A DNA stretch of 64,000 nt, from positions 2,432,001 to 2,496,000 of the forward strand of contig JBKAGP010000001.1 in the NCBI GenBank assembly GCA_046290465.1, in the 5' to 3' direction. Under the pieces are notes generated by a model. It did no database searches, was not told the DNA's origin, and was given only the letters and a program-made list of their open reading frames with translations. The first letter of the stretch is position 1; each line of letters starts with the position of its first letter. The stretch is from Planctomycetota bacterium. GTDB lineage: Bacteria > Planctomycetota > UBA1135 > UBA2386. The translations under genes and the position numbers were made by a program. Positions 9,470 through 18,918 of this stretch are shown here, one piece after another.

Positions 9470-10248
9470 CGCGGCCGCGGCCCGCCGCGGAACGCGCGCG
9501 GCACGAACCGCCACCAGCCGAGCCCGTACCAACGCTGCAGCGTGCGGCGGTCGATCGTGTGCGCGTGCAGCGGCATGCCGTCGCCGTCGGCGTGCTCGGT
9601 GCCGATCGGGCACGCCTTGCGCGAACCGCAGCCGGTCTCGCAGCCACCGTCGTCGCGATGGCTCGCGCAGCGCTCGCGGTCGGCGCGACCGAGGTCGACG
9701 TGCACCTTGGGCGGGCACGCCTCGACGCACGGACGGTCGCACGTGCAGCACGGCTTGAAGCGATCGGTGATCGACGCATCGTCGACCTGCCCGAACGGCC
9801 GCCCCTCGATCAGCAGCGCGGCGCGCACCCGCAGCCACGGACCGTAGGTCGGGTTGAGCAGCATGCCGGAGACCGGCGAGACGATGCCGAAGCCGGCCGC
9901 CTCGGCGAGCCTGCCGAAGTTCAGTCGCGGCCAGCGCGCGTCGACCTTGGTCCAGCGCAGGCCCGCCTGCTCGAGTTCGTCGGCGACCGCGTCGACCGAG
10001 CTGGCGACCAGCTCCTCGACCTCTTCGCAGGTCGGACGTTCGGACAGCCCGCGGCCCTGGCGCTGGAACTCCAGCCAGAACGACTGCCCCGCCGTGCCGA
10101 GCACGAGGATCGTGCCGCAGCCCGGCAGCACGGAGGTGCTGCGCTGTTCACAGGGCTGGCAGCCGTCGAACCGCTGCGCATCGACGAGACCGAACAGGTT
10201 CAGGCCGTTGCGCGCGGCCCGCTGTTGCAGGGGACCGAGCAGGGACAT
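9466..10248 (-). CDS. QueG/CblC-like 4Fe-4S protein (putatively cobalamin-associated)
   Basis: LAEAAGFG..SP..ML.NP.YGPW...RAALL, CxxCxxxCxxxCP and a second Cys cluster ending CPIG. Confidence 0.7.
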   Translation of the reverse strand: MSLLGPLQQRAARNGLNLFGLVDAQRFDGCQPCEQRSTSVLPGCGTILVLGTAGQSFWLEFQRQGRGLSERPTCEEVEELVASSVDAVADELEQAGLRWTKVDARWPRLNFGRLAEAAGFGIVSPVSGMLLNPTYGPWLRVRAALLIEGRPFGQVDDASITDRFKPCCTCDRPCVEACPPKVHVDLGRADRERCASHRDDGGCETGCGSRKACPIGTEHADGDGMPLHAHTIDRRTLQRWYGLGWWRFVPRAFRGGPRPR

Positions 10249-10324
10249 GGGAAACCGCACAAGGGCGAAGGCACCCGTGTTTTCGGACGAGAGCCCCGCC
10301 GGAGCAACCCCTTGCCCCGACCGG

Positions 10325-10492
10325 GGCGCGCCGGTACCGTGCGAAAGCTCCTCACGGGGAAGTCCGGTGTGAATCCGGCGCTGTCCCGCAGCTGTATCCG
10401 GGGACGAACGTCCATCAGCCACTGGCGACGCCGCGTCGGCAAGCCGGGAAGGCGGACCAGTAGGTCGATCCGGGAGCCAGAACATCCGCGTC
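10325..10492 (+). promoter_or_regulatory. Cobalamin (B12) riboswitch
   Basis: GGGAAGTCCGGTGTGAATCCGGCGCTGTCCCGCAGCTGT (10357-10395), GCCACTGG (10418-10425), GGGAAGG (10446-10452) and B12 box GAGCCAGAA (10474-10482) in canonical order; ends approximate. Confidence 0.92.
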
Positions 10493-10710
10493 GAGCCGGT
10501 CTCATCGAGGCCGCCATCGCCATTCCTTCGCGGCGCGCAAGACGCCCGGTTGGCTCATGACCCACGGACTCCGAGGCCGCGCTGCGTGCGCGTGCCGCTG
10601 GCTGCTGGTGCCCCGCGCGGGCACCGCGTGGGCGCATTCCTCCAGCGAAGGCAGGCACCCCCGGTCGCCCGCGCGACCTGCCGCGCCCATCCGGCGCGCT
10701 GCGTGATCGC

Positions 10711-12015
10711 ATGCTTCGCTCCCCCATCCTGCTGCTGGCCGCCACCGCGGGCATCTGCCTTCCCGCCCAACAGGTCGCCGATGGCTACGCCCAGACCACC
10801 GCGACGCTGCCCGCCGGCGCCGGCAGCTTCCTCGAGACCACCTTCGGAACGGTCTACTTCGACGGCTTCGACCTGATGCTCGATCCGGGCACCGGCGGCA
10901 CGTCGCTGCTGACGTTCCCGTCGTTCACGTTCGGGTCGTTCTCGGCGCCGATCGGCGCCACCGAGGTGCTGTTCGGCGAGAGCAGCAACGGCGGCATCTG
11001 GACCGTGCCGCTCAACGGCCTGCCGGCGCAGCTGGTCGCCAACGTGCCGTTCAACTACGACGCCGTGCTGCTCGACGACGACCGTGCGCTGGTGTCGGCC
11101 AAGACCGGCGGCTTCTCGGCGCCGGACAACGACGTGATGTTCGTCGACCTGCTGACCGGCCAGACCCAGCTGCTCGCCCAGTTCCCCGGCGCATCGGGTC
11201 CGCTCGCGATCGACGCCAACGGCGACGTCTACTACGCGACCTCGCCGGCGGTCTTCCCGGCCCCCGCCGGCACCGTCGAGGTGCTGCGGCTGCCGCGCGC
11301 GGTCGTCGATCTCGCCATCAGCAACCAGACGGTGCTCGGCGTCGCCGACGCGACCGTGGTGATCGCGGGCCTCGACGCCGCTGGTGACCTGGCGTTCGAC
11401 GACGACGGCGACCTGTTCTTCGTCGACTGGTTCAACGGCACCATCGGCGAAGTCGACGGCGCCGACGGCGGCCAGGCGACGCTGGCGCCGACGCTGATCG
11501 ACTACGCCGGCACCGGCCTGAGCGGCAGCGTGCTGCAGTTCGCGCCGACCGCGGCGCCGGTGCCGCAGGTGTTCGAGCCGTTCCAGCCGGCCGGCGCCGC
11601 GCTGCTGGTCCACGAGACCGACTACGTCAGCATCAGCCAGGTCCGCAGCCTGGTCGCGGCCCCGCCGCAGCTGTCGGCCTCGGCCGCATCGCCGATCCCG
11701 GCCGGGGTCTTCACGCTCGACACCACCGGCGGCCCGGCCACCGGCCTCGGCCTCTTGCTGTTCGCCCCGGCGACCGGCCTCGGCCCGGTGACGCTGTCCG
11801 TGCCGGGCTTCGAGCAGCCGCTGTTCGTCGACGGCGCGCTGGCGCCGGCCCCGGTGATCCTGCCGATCAGCTTCGATGCCGCCGGCCACGCCTCGTTCCC
11901 GGTCACCAATCCGGGCTTCGCCCAGGCCTTCGATGCCATCGCGCAGACGGTCGTCGTGTCGACCTCGGGCGCGATCGGCGCGAGCGCCGCGCTGCCGCTG
12001 CAAGTCGGGCAGTAG
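10711..12015 (+). CDS. Secreted beta-propeller-like protein with conserved C-terminal domain; probably B12-regulated
   Basis: Signal peptide ending LPAQ; repeats SGPLAIDANGDVYY and AGDLAFDDDGDLFF; first same-strand ORF after the riboswitch. Confidence 0.8.
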   Translation: MLRSPILLLAATAGICLPAQQVADGYAQTTATLPAGAGSFLETTFGTVYFDGFDLMLDPGTGGTSLLTFPSFTFGSFSAPIGATEVLFGESSNGGIWTVPLNGLPAQLVANVPFNYDAVLLDDDRALVSAKTGGFSAPDNDVMFVDLLTGQTQLLAQFPGASGPLAIDANGDVYYATSPAVFPAPAGTVEVLRLPRAVVDLAISNQTVLGVADATVVIAGLDAAGDLAFDDDGDLFFVDWFNGTIGEVDGADGGQATLAPTLIDYAGTGLSGSVLQFAPTAAPVPQVFEPFQPAGAALLVHETDYVSISQVRSLVAAPPQLSASAASPIPAGVFTLDTTGGPATGLGLLLFAPATGLGPVTLSVPGFEQPLFVDGALAPAPVILPISFDAAGHASFPVTNPGFAQAFDAIAQTVVVSTSGAIGASAALPLQVGQ

Positions 12016-12132
12016 GAGGGCGTTCGCACCAAGCCCGTCGCGGTGCACAGCTGTTACAGCGACTATCTGTCGGCAAACCCGGGGGGTGGACGTAATGGCG
12101 CACCGTGGCCCGGGCGGGCCGCCCACTACGCA

Positions 12133-15100
12133 ATGCAAAAGCAAACCGTCGTCCTCCTGCTGGTCGCGCTCGTCGCGATCGCCGCCGGAGCCCTCCTCGT
12201 CCCCAAGATGTTCGACGAGTCCCCCGCTCCGGTCATGCACTGGGACACCGAGGACGAGGTCGAAGGGGCCGAAGAGCAGCAGGCCGATCCCGGCGCCACC
12301 GAGACGGCGGCATTCGAACGCACCGAGGCCGAACTGTCGCCGACGGTCGCGCCGGTCTCCAACGAGCCGCGCGTCGACGCGATCCTGCGCGGCCGGGTGG
12401 TCGACAAGTTCAACGCGCCGGTCGCCAACGCCAAGGTCTGGCTCGAGATCGGCCGCAGCCGCCAGCAGAACGGCGGCCAGCCCGGCCGCGGCGGGCGCGA
12501 CCGCGGCGGCCGCGGCGGTGGCCGCTCGCGACGCATCCCGGAGCCGGTCATCACCAACGCCGAGGGCCTGTTCGCCTTCCAGGGTGAGACGTTCCGCAAC
12601 CTGCGCGTGACGCTGCAGGTCAAGAGCAACCAGCATGCGGTCGGCCTGTTCGAGAAGGACGTCGGCGACATCCAGGCCGGCCAGGCGGCCGCGGCCGAGA
12701 TCGAGGTCGCGCTCGGCGACCTGGCGCTGAAGTCCGGTGGCCTGGTCCGCGGCCGCGTCACCGACCTCGACGGCAACGCCGTCATCGGTGCCGAGGTCAC
12801 GATGGAGCCGGACTTCCGCAACCGCCTGCGCTGGCAGCGCAACCGCACCGAACTGCTGCCGCCCACCAAGACCGACGCCAACGGCTTCTACGCCTACGCC
12901 AACGTGCCGGAGGGGCAGTTCGCCGTGACGGTGCTCGCCAAGATGCACACGCCCGGTCGCTCGGACGGCTTCGAGGTCACCGAGGACGCCGAGGTCCAGG
13001 TGCCCGACATCGCGCTCGGTCCTGGCTACGAGGTCACCGGCTACGTCAAGGACGCGCAGGGTGAGCCGATCGCCAAGGCCAACGTGCGCCTGCGCGCCTC
13101 GCTGAGCGCCAACGCCCAGCCGGCCGAAGGGCGCGGCGGCGACCGCGGCGGGCGTGGCCGCGGCCGCGGCCGGGGCGGCTTCGGCGGCTTCGGCGGCCGC
13201 GACCACCGCACCGAGACCGACGAGCAGGGGCGCTTCTTCCTGGAGCACCTGCCGAGTTCGCTGATGGAGATCCAGGTCGACGCGCGCGGCTTCCTCGACT
13301 ACGAGGCCGACGAGATCGACCCGAAGGTCGTGCGCCCGATCTACGTGACGCTGCAGCCCGGCCTCTACATCGCCGGCATCGTGCAGACGCCGGACGGCCT
13401 GCCGCTGACCAAGTACTCGGTCCGCACGCGCCGCCTGCGCGGCCTGCCGGACCCGAACCAGCCGCAGGTCGACTTCAACGAACTGATGGCCAAGTTCCGC
13501 GACCCGAACCTCACCGACGAGGGGCGCCGCGAGCTGATGCGCACGATGCGCGACGTTCGCGACCAGTTCACCAGCCAGTTCCGAGGCCGCGGCGGCGACC
13601 GGGGTGGCCGTGGCGGCGACCGCGGCGACCGCGGCGGCGACCGCGGTGGCCGCGGTGGCGACCGCGGTGGCCGCAACGACCGTCAGGAACAGCACGACGG
13701 CGGCCGCTTCCGCGAGGACGGGCTGCAGGAGGGCGTCTACGAGGTCACCATCGAGGCGGACAACTACGCGCGCTTCACCTCGGCCGAGATCCAGGTGCGC
13801 CGCGACGCCGCGCCGCCGGAGCTGACCATCACGGTCGACCCGGGCGTCTACGTCGGCGGGGTCGTGCTCGACGCCTACGGCGATCCGATCGCCAACGCCG
13901 AGGTCACGCTGCGCTCGGCCACGCTCGACGACAACACCCCGCCGACCATCCCGGGCGGCGGCCGCGGTGGCCGCGGCGGTCGCGGCGGCTTCGACGTCAA
14001 CCGCATGGCCCGCGACTGGATGCGCGGCATGAACAGCTCGCCGCTGCGGCTGACCGCCCGCACCGACCAGGACGGCCTGTTCATCGTCAAGAACGTGCAG
14101 CGCGGTGTCTACTCGCTCAGCGCCACGGCCGACAACTTCGCCACGGCGAACGTCGAGCCGTTCCAGCTCGATCGCGAACGTTCGGACTTCGAGATGCGCC
14201 TCGATCCGCTCGGCGTGATCGTCGGCAAGGTGACCGGCTTCCGCCCCGAAGAGGCCGGTGAGGTGCAGGTCATCGCGCTGCTCGTTCCCGAGGACGGCAA
14301 CATCATGGGCTCGCTGATGCGCGGCGGCATGCGCGGTCGCGGTGGCCGCGGCGGCGGCCGTGGCGGCAGCACGTTCCGCAACGTCAACATCGAAGCCGAC
14401 GGCAGCTACCGCATCGAAGGCCTGTCGGCGGGCGACTACTTCGTGCGCAGCGCCACCGGCGGCATGCGCGACATGATGCGCATGTTCGGCTCGACCGCCA
14501 TGAACGGCACGATGGCCGCGGACGTCACCGTGCGCCCCGGCACCGAGTCGCGCTGGGACATGCAGATGACCCGACCGCAGTACGGCGTCGTCGCCGGCAC
14601 CGTGATGCACAACGGCGAGAGCGCCGCGGGCTTCCGCGTCGAGCTGCGTCGCCAGGACAACAACCCCGGCAACGGTGGCGGCCAGCAGCCGGGCGGCATG
14701 TTCGGCCGGATGATGAACTTCGGCCGCAGCCAGTCGGACACGGTCGAGAAGGACGGCACGTTCGAGGTCAAGGACGTCACCGCCGGCCTCTACCGGCTGC
14801 GGGTCACCGCCGGCCGCCGCGGCGGCGTGCTCTACGAGGAGCAGGTGCAGGTGGTCGCCGACGTGACCCTGCAGCGCAACCTGTCGCTGACGACCGGCTC
14901 GGTGAAGGGCTCGATCACGACCGACGACGGCACCGACCCGAAGGCGATCGGTGGCCGCATCTCGCTGGTCCAGGGCCTGATCGAGATCCCCGAGGACCTC
15001 AACCGCTACCTGCGCGAGAACACGTCGTTCGACGCGCGGATCCGCGACGGCGCGTTCGAGATCGAGTCGATCCCGCCCGGCACCTACATGCTGATCTTCC

Positions 15101-15210
15101 AGGCGCGCAACCGCGAGCGGACCACGCAGACCGTCGTCGTCAGCGGCACCGAGAACATCACCGTGCCCGCAGGCAAGGCGACGCCCCAAAACGGCGGCGC
15201 GCCGAAGTAG
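12133..15210 (+). CDS. Membrane-anchored protein with repeated carboxypeptidase-regulatory-like (prealbumin-fold) domains and RGG-rich inserts
   Basis: N-terminal TM; repeated GRVVD..G.P..A.V...TD..G.F units; GGRGG/GGDRGG tracts. Confidence 0.85.
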   Translation: MQKQTVVLLLVALVAIAAGALLVPKMFDESPAPVMHWDTEDEVEGAEEQQADPGATETAAFERTEAELSPTVAPVSNEPRVDAILRGRVVDKFNAPVANAKVWLEIGRSRQQNGGQPGRGGRDRGGRGGGRSRRIPEPVITNAEGLFAFQGETFRNLRVTLQVKSNQHAVGLFEKDVGDIQAGQAAAAEIEVALGDLALKSGGLVRGRVTDLDGNAVIGAEVTMEPDFRNRLRWQRNRTELLPPTKTDANGFYAYANVPEGQFAVTVLAKMHTPGRSDGFEVTEDAEVQVPDIALGPGYEVTGYVKDAQGEPIAKANVRLRASLSANAQPAEGRGGDRGGRGRGRGRGGFGGFGGRDHRTETDEQGRFFLEHLPSSLMEIQVDARGFLDYEADEIDPKVVRPIYVTLQPGLYIAGIVQTPDGLPLTKYSVRTRRLRGLPDPNQPQVDFNELMAKFRDPNLTDEGRRELMRTMRDVRDQFTSQFRGRGGDRGGRGGDRGDRGGDRGGRGGDRGGRNDRQEQHDGGRFREDGLQEGVYEVTIEADNYARFTSAEIQVRRDAAPPELTITVDPGVYVGGVVLDAYGDPIANAEVTLRSATLDDNTPPTIPGGGRGGRGGRGGFDVNRMARDWMRGMNSSPLRLTARTDQDGLFIVKNVQRGVYSLSATADNFATANVEPFQLDRERSDFEMRLDPLGVIVGKVTGFRPEEAGEVQVIALLVPEDGNIMGSLMRGGMRGRGGRGGGRGGSTFRNVNIEADGSYRIEGLSAGDYFVRSATGGMRDMMRMFGSTAMNGTMAADVTVRPGTESRWDMQMTRPQYGVVAGTVMHNGESAAGFRVELRRQDNNPGNGGGQQPGGMFGRMMNFGRSQSDTVEKDGTFEVKDVTAGLYRLRVTAGRRGGVLYEEQVQVVADVTLQRNLSLTTGSVKGSITTDDGTDPKAIGGRISLVQGLIEIPEDLNRYLRENTSFDARIRDGAFEIESIPPGTYMLIFQARNRERTTQTVVVSGTENITVPAGKATPQNGGAPK

Positions 15211-15240
15211 GATGCACGGCTCCCCGACGGAGCCGACACC

Positions 15241-16041
15241 ATCCGCACGCTCGTTTCGATCCTGATCTCCCTGCTGATCGCAGTCGCGCTCGGCACCGTG
15301 CTCTACGCGCTGGTGCTGGCGGTCGGCCGCGATCCGCTGCCCGGTGCCGAAGAGCGCTTCGTGGTCGCACCGCCGACGCAACTGCCTGCACCGACGCGGC
15401 TGGCGCCGATCCCCGGCATCGAGACGTCGCAGGTCCCCGACACCAACATCGGCGCCGTGGCGACGCGCGTGACGGTGCCGGTGCACATCTCCGACCTGCC
15501 GGAGTCGTTGCGCAACGGCACCGCCGGCGTCGCCACCTACCACACCGACACCGGCGGCGACTTCCGCTGGTATCCGCTCGACGAGGCCATCCCGGGGCAG
15601 CGCGGCGGGCTGCTGATCACCGCGCAGGCGCCGCAGGGGACCCGGCTGACCGTGACGTTCTCGGCGCGGCGCGAACACGCCCGGCGCGGCTACCTCGATC
15701 GCCACGAGTTCGAGGTCGACGCGACCGACACCGGGGCGACGCCGATCGTCGAACTCGACGGGGCGGTGCACGCCGTGCGCTTCGACCTGCCGACCGACGT
15801 CGACCAGGCCGGCCCGCTGCGGCTGCAGCGCGTCGACGACCGCCAGTGGCTGCCGATGCTGCACAGCACCGCCGGCCTCAAGCTGCGCAGCGGCACGGAG
15901 CTGACGCTGCAGCTCGGCAGCGGTGCCTACGAGCTGCAGGACCCGCTCGCGCCCGAACGCGCGCAGCGCTTCGAGGTGCCGGGCACGCCGGCGGTGACGG
16001 TCACTGCGGCGCTTCCACCGGCTCGAGACGGCCGTCTCTGA
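15241..16041 (+). CDS. Hypothetical membrane-anchored protein; start uncertain (ATC at 15241 or GTG at 15298)
   Basis: Open frame from 15211; the hydrophobic N-terminal helix begins upstream of the first canonical start; GGAG lies 8 nt before the ATC. Confidence 0.65.
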   Translation: MRTLVSILISLLIAVALGTVLYALVLAVGRDPLPGAEERFVVAPPTQLPAPTRLAPIPGIETSQVPDTNIGAVATRVTVPVHISDLPESLRNGTAGVATYHTDTGGDFRWYPLDEAIPGQRGGLLITAQAPQGTRLTVTFSARREHARRGYLDRHEFEVDATDTGATPIVELDGAVHAVRFDLPTDVDQAGPLRLQRVDDRQWLPMLHSTAGLKLRSGTELTLQLGSGAYELQDPLAPERAQRFEVPGTPAVTVTAALPPARDGRL

Positions 16042-16858
16042 CCCGGAACAGCTTGCCCGAGACCGGGTGCGGGGCGCGGTCGGCCAGGTCCTCGGTCGCC
16101 GACATCAGCGCTTCGATGTTCTGCCCCTCCTCGGGGCCGGCCCACAGCGTGTCGCGGTCGGGGACCGCCACCAGCAGGCCCTCCTGCTGGTCGAGCAACA
16201 GCACGCGCGAGGCGTCGAAGCCGTCGCCCGACTGCAGCAGCACCGACTCGGCACAGGCCTCGTCGATGCCGTTGCGCCCCAGGCGGGCGAGGTTGGCCAG
16301 CGCCAGGTTGTGCAGGTCCTCGGCCGTCTTCTGCCAGCGCTGCAGGTGCGCGCGGCACAGGAACACCATGCACGAAGCGTCGTCGACGACGTAGACCGTG
16401 ACCAGCTCGTCGTTGAGCGGCGTGTGCACGAGCCCCGAGTCGCCGAACGTGCCCTGCTCGTCGAGCCAGGCGCGGCTGCGCACCTGCGGCATCAGCAGCT
16501 GCGCGGCGGTCGCGAACTCGAGGTCGTCGCAGCGATCGAGGCCGACCTCGCGGATGTCCTCGACCAGCTGGGCGACCATGCGCGGGAACGCTTCGGGAAA
16601 CGCTTCGGCGTGGCGGAATGCCTCGTGCAGGCCAACCGGGGTCTCCTGGCCGTCGACGGACAGCAGGCAGGCGAAGCGGTCGGGCAGCATGCCGAGGAAG
16701 CGGACCCGCGGGTGCGCGGCGATCAGTTCGTTCTCCAGCTGGAGCACGAACGCGGCGACCTCGGGCGGATACCGCGAGGAGCGTTGCCGCAGCCGGTGGT
16801 GCACCACCACGCCCGCGAGCGCCAACATCGACCAGCCGAGACCGACCCACAGCCACAT
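16001..16858 (-). CDS. DUF1444 (YtpQ)-like protein with N-terminal TM helix
   Basis: L.TVYVVD...M.FL...L..W.....L...AL.NL, GDGFDASRVLL, LVAVPDRDTL, P.P.S..LF. Confidence 0.75.
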   Translation of the reverse strand: MWLWVGLGWSMLALAGVVVHHRLRQRSSRYPPEVAAFVLQLENELIAAHPRVRFLGMLPDRFACLLSVDGQETPVGLHEAFRHAEAFPEAFPRMVAQLVEDIREVGLDRCDDLEFATAAQLLMPQVRSRAWLDEQGTFGDSGLVHTPLNDELVTVYVVDDASCMVFLCRAHLQRWQKTAEDLHNLALANLARLGRNGIDEACAESVLLQSGDGFDASRVLLLDQQEGLLVAVPDRDTLWAGPEEGQNIEALMSATEDLADRAPHPVSGKLFRVRDGRLEPVEAPQ

Positions 16859-17134
16859 GCAGGCGCTATCGGCCGTTCGCGGCCGCGGCTTCAGGCCGGG
16901 CGCCCAATCGAGGCACACGCGCCGAGGCACACGCGCCGGGGCGGCGCCGTCGACGGTCTGGGGAGTGACTCCCCGGGGGGATGCCCACGCCAGGACGACT
17001 TGACGCTCCTTCCTCTGCTTGCAGAGGCTACGGACGAACTGACAAACCGACAAGTGCGAGGCACCGATTTCCGAACGCTCCCCACCACCTTGCACAAACC
17101 CTCCGGAAATCGGAGACTCTGCGCTGCCCCCACG

Positions 17135-18877
17135 GTGCAGAAGGTGACGACGACCACGCAAGAAGCCCACTTCCGGCTGCTGATCCTGGGGGACGGATCC
17201 GTCCGCACCATCCCGCTGACCGGCAGCCGGTGGACCATCGGCCGCTCGCTGGACTGCTCGATCACGCTGCGGGATCCGACCGTCAGCCGCCGCCACCTGG
17301 TGCTCGAGCGCGACGGCAACACGTTCCGCTTCCAGGACCTGGGCAGCGCCAACCCGCCGGTGCTCGACGGCCGCTCGACGCGCCAGGCGGTGCTGGCGCC
17401 GGGCCAGCAGCTGACCATCGGGCTGACGCGGCTGGTGCTCGAGGAGCGCCGCCGGCCGGCACCGATCGCCACCAACCAGGTCAGCACCGTCATCCTGTCG
17501 CGCGAGGTCATCGACGAAGAGCTGCCGCACGACGAGGACCCCGGCGCGTTCACGACGACCGCGTCCAAGGTGCTGCAGAGCATCGAGTGGACGTTCGCCG
17601 ACCTCGGCGATCTGGCCGACGCCGCCGAGCCGCTGCTCGAACTGGCGCTCAACCTGTCAGGCCGGCGCAGCGGCTGGCTGGCGCGGTTCCCGACGCCGAC
17701 CACGATCGAGACGCTGGCGGCGATCAGCGCGACCGGCACCCCGTCGGTGCCGAGCCTGCCCGAGAACGCGCTCGAAGACGCCCGGCGGATCCCCCACCCC
17801 CACCTGCTGCGAACCCGCGAGGACGAGTCCGAACGGGAACGGCTGCTGGTCCCGCTCGGGGACGCCAGCGCCGGCCTGCTGGTGCTCGAGGACCCGGTCG
17901 ACGCGGCCCCGCACGGCCAGGAGCTGCTGCGGCTCGCCCAGTCGCTGGGCAAGGTCGTCTGGCACCGCCTGCAGGAGACGATGGAGCGGCTGCGGCTCCG
18001 CGACGAACTCGAGCGGCTGCGCTTCCACGGCACCGACGCGCACAACGCGCTGCTGACCAGCGTGCGCCTGCAGGCCGCGCGCGAGCGGATCCGTTCGCGC
18101 GCCGCCGACCAGCAGGGCGTGCTGCTGATCGGCGAACCCGGCACCGAGCGCGAGGACCTCGCCCGCTTCCTGCACGCCGAGAGTGCCCGCCGCGCCGCCC
18201 CGTTCGTGGCCTGGGACGCGAGCTCCGATGCCAGCTCCGCGAGCGACCTGCTCGGCGACGACGACCAGCTCGGCGCCCTGCAGCGAGCCGCCGGCGGCAC
18301 GCTGTTCCTCGACGAGACCCCGACGATGCCGGTCAAGCTGCAGGCGCGGCTGGCGGCGGCGATCGCCAGCGACCGGCACGACGTGCGGTTGGTGATGGCG
18401 TGCTGCGAGGACGGCTCCGGCTGGTCGCCGGCGCTGCGCAAGCTGGTGACCGGCGAACCCGTGCAGATCCCGCCGCTGCGCGACGACGCGCGCGACGTGC
18501 TGGCGCTCGCCGAGCTGATCCTGTCGGGCCTCGGCACCTGCCCCGACGGCTCGCCGCGCCTGATCACCGAACGCGCCAAGCGCGTGCTGACCACGCACAG
18601 TTGGCCCGGCAACGTGCGCGAACTGCGGCTGACGCTCGAGGCGGCGGCCGCGCGCGCCGGCAACCACGCGATCGCGCCGCGCCACCTGCCGATCGACCAT
18701 GGCGGGGACGGCGCCCGCGACGCCGCGCCGCTGCCGACGCTCGAGGACGTCGAGCGCGAGCACATCCAGGAGGTCATGCGCCGCACCGGCGGCGTGCGCG
18801 CGCGCGCCGCGCAGGTGCTCGGCATCGCCAGCTCGACGCTCTACGAGAAGCTCAAGCGCTACCAGATCGACGCCTGA
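17135..18877 (+). CDS. FHA domain + degenerate sigma54-type AAA+ domain + Fis-type HTH regulator
   Basis: FHA (IGRS..C.I.L.DPTVSRRH...DLGSAN), GGTLFLDE, PPLR, WPGNVREL, AAQVLGIASSTLYEKL; start approximate. Confidence 0.85.
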   Translation: MQKVTTTTQEAHFRLLILGDGSVRTIPLTGSRWTIGRSLDCSITLRDPTVSRRHLVLERDGNTFRFQDLGSANPPVLDGRSTRQAVLAPGQQLTIGLTRLVLEERRRPAPIATNQVSTVILSREVIDEELPHDEDPGAFTTTASKVLQSIEWTFADLGDLADAAEPLLELALNLSGRRSGWLARFPTPTTIETLAAISATGTPSVPSLPENALEDARRIPHPHLLRTREDESERERLLVPLGDASAGLLVLEDPVDAAPHGQELLRLAQSLGKVVWHRLQETMERLRLRDELERLRFHGTDAHNALLTSVRLQAARERIRSRAADQQGVLLIGEPGTEREDLARFLHAESARRAAPFVAWDASSDASSASDLLGDDDQLGALQRAAGGTLFLDETPTMPVKLQARLAAAIASDRHDVRLVMACCEDGSGWSPALRKLVTGEPVQIPPLRDDARDVLALAELILSGLGTCPDGSPRLITERAKRVLTTHSWPGNVRELRLTLEAAAARAGNHAIAPRHLPIDHGGDGARDAAPLPTLEDVEREHIQEVMRRTGGVRARAAQVLGIASSTLYEKLKRYQIDA

Positions 18878-18918
18878 CGGCGCCGGCAGGTGCGATCGAT
18901 CCGCTAGGATTTCGGGCG

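Noticed and set aside
10555..15864. 1769-aa minus-strand ORF and other very long antisense ORFs (e.g. 57511-62163, 44781-48017, 21217-24096)
   Set aside because: Shadow frames of high-GC genes with clear motifs on the opposite strand; no motifs of their own
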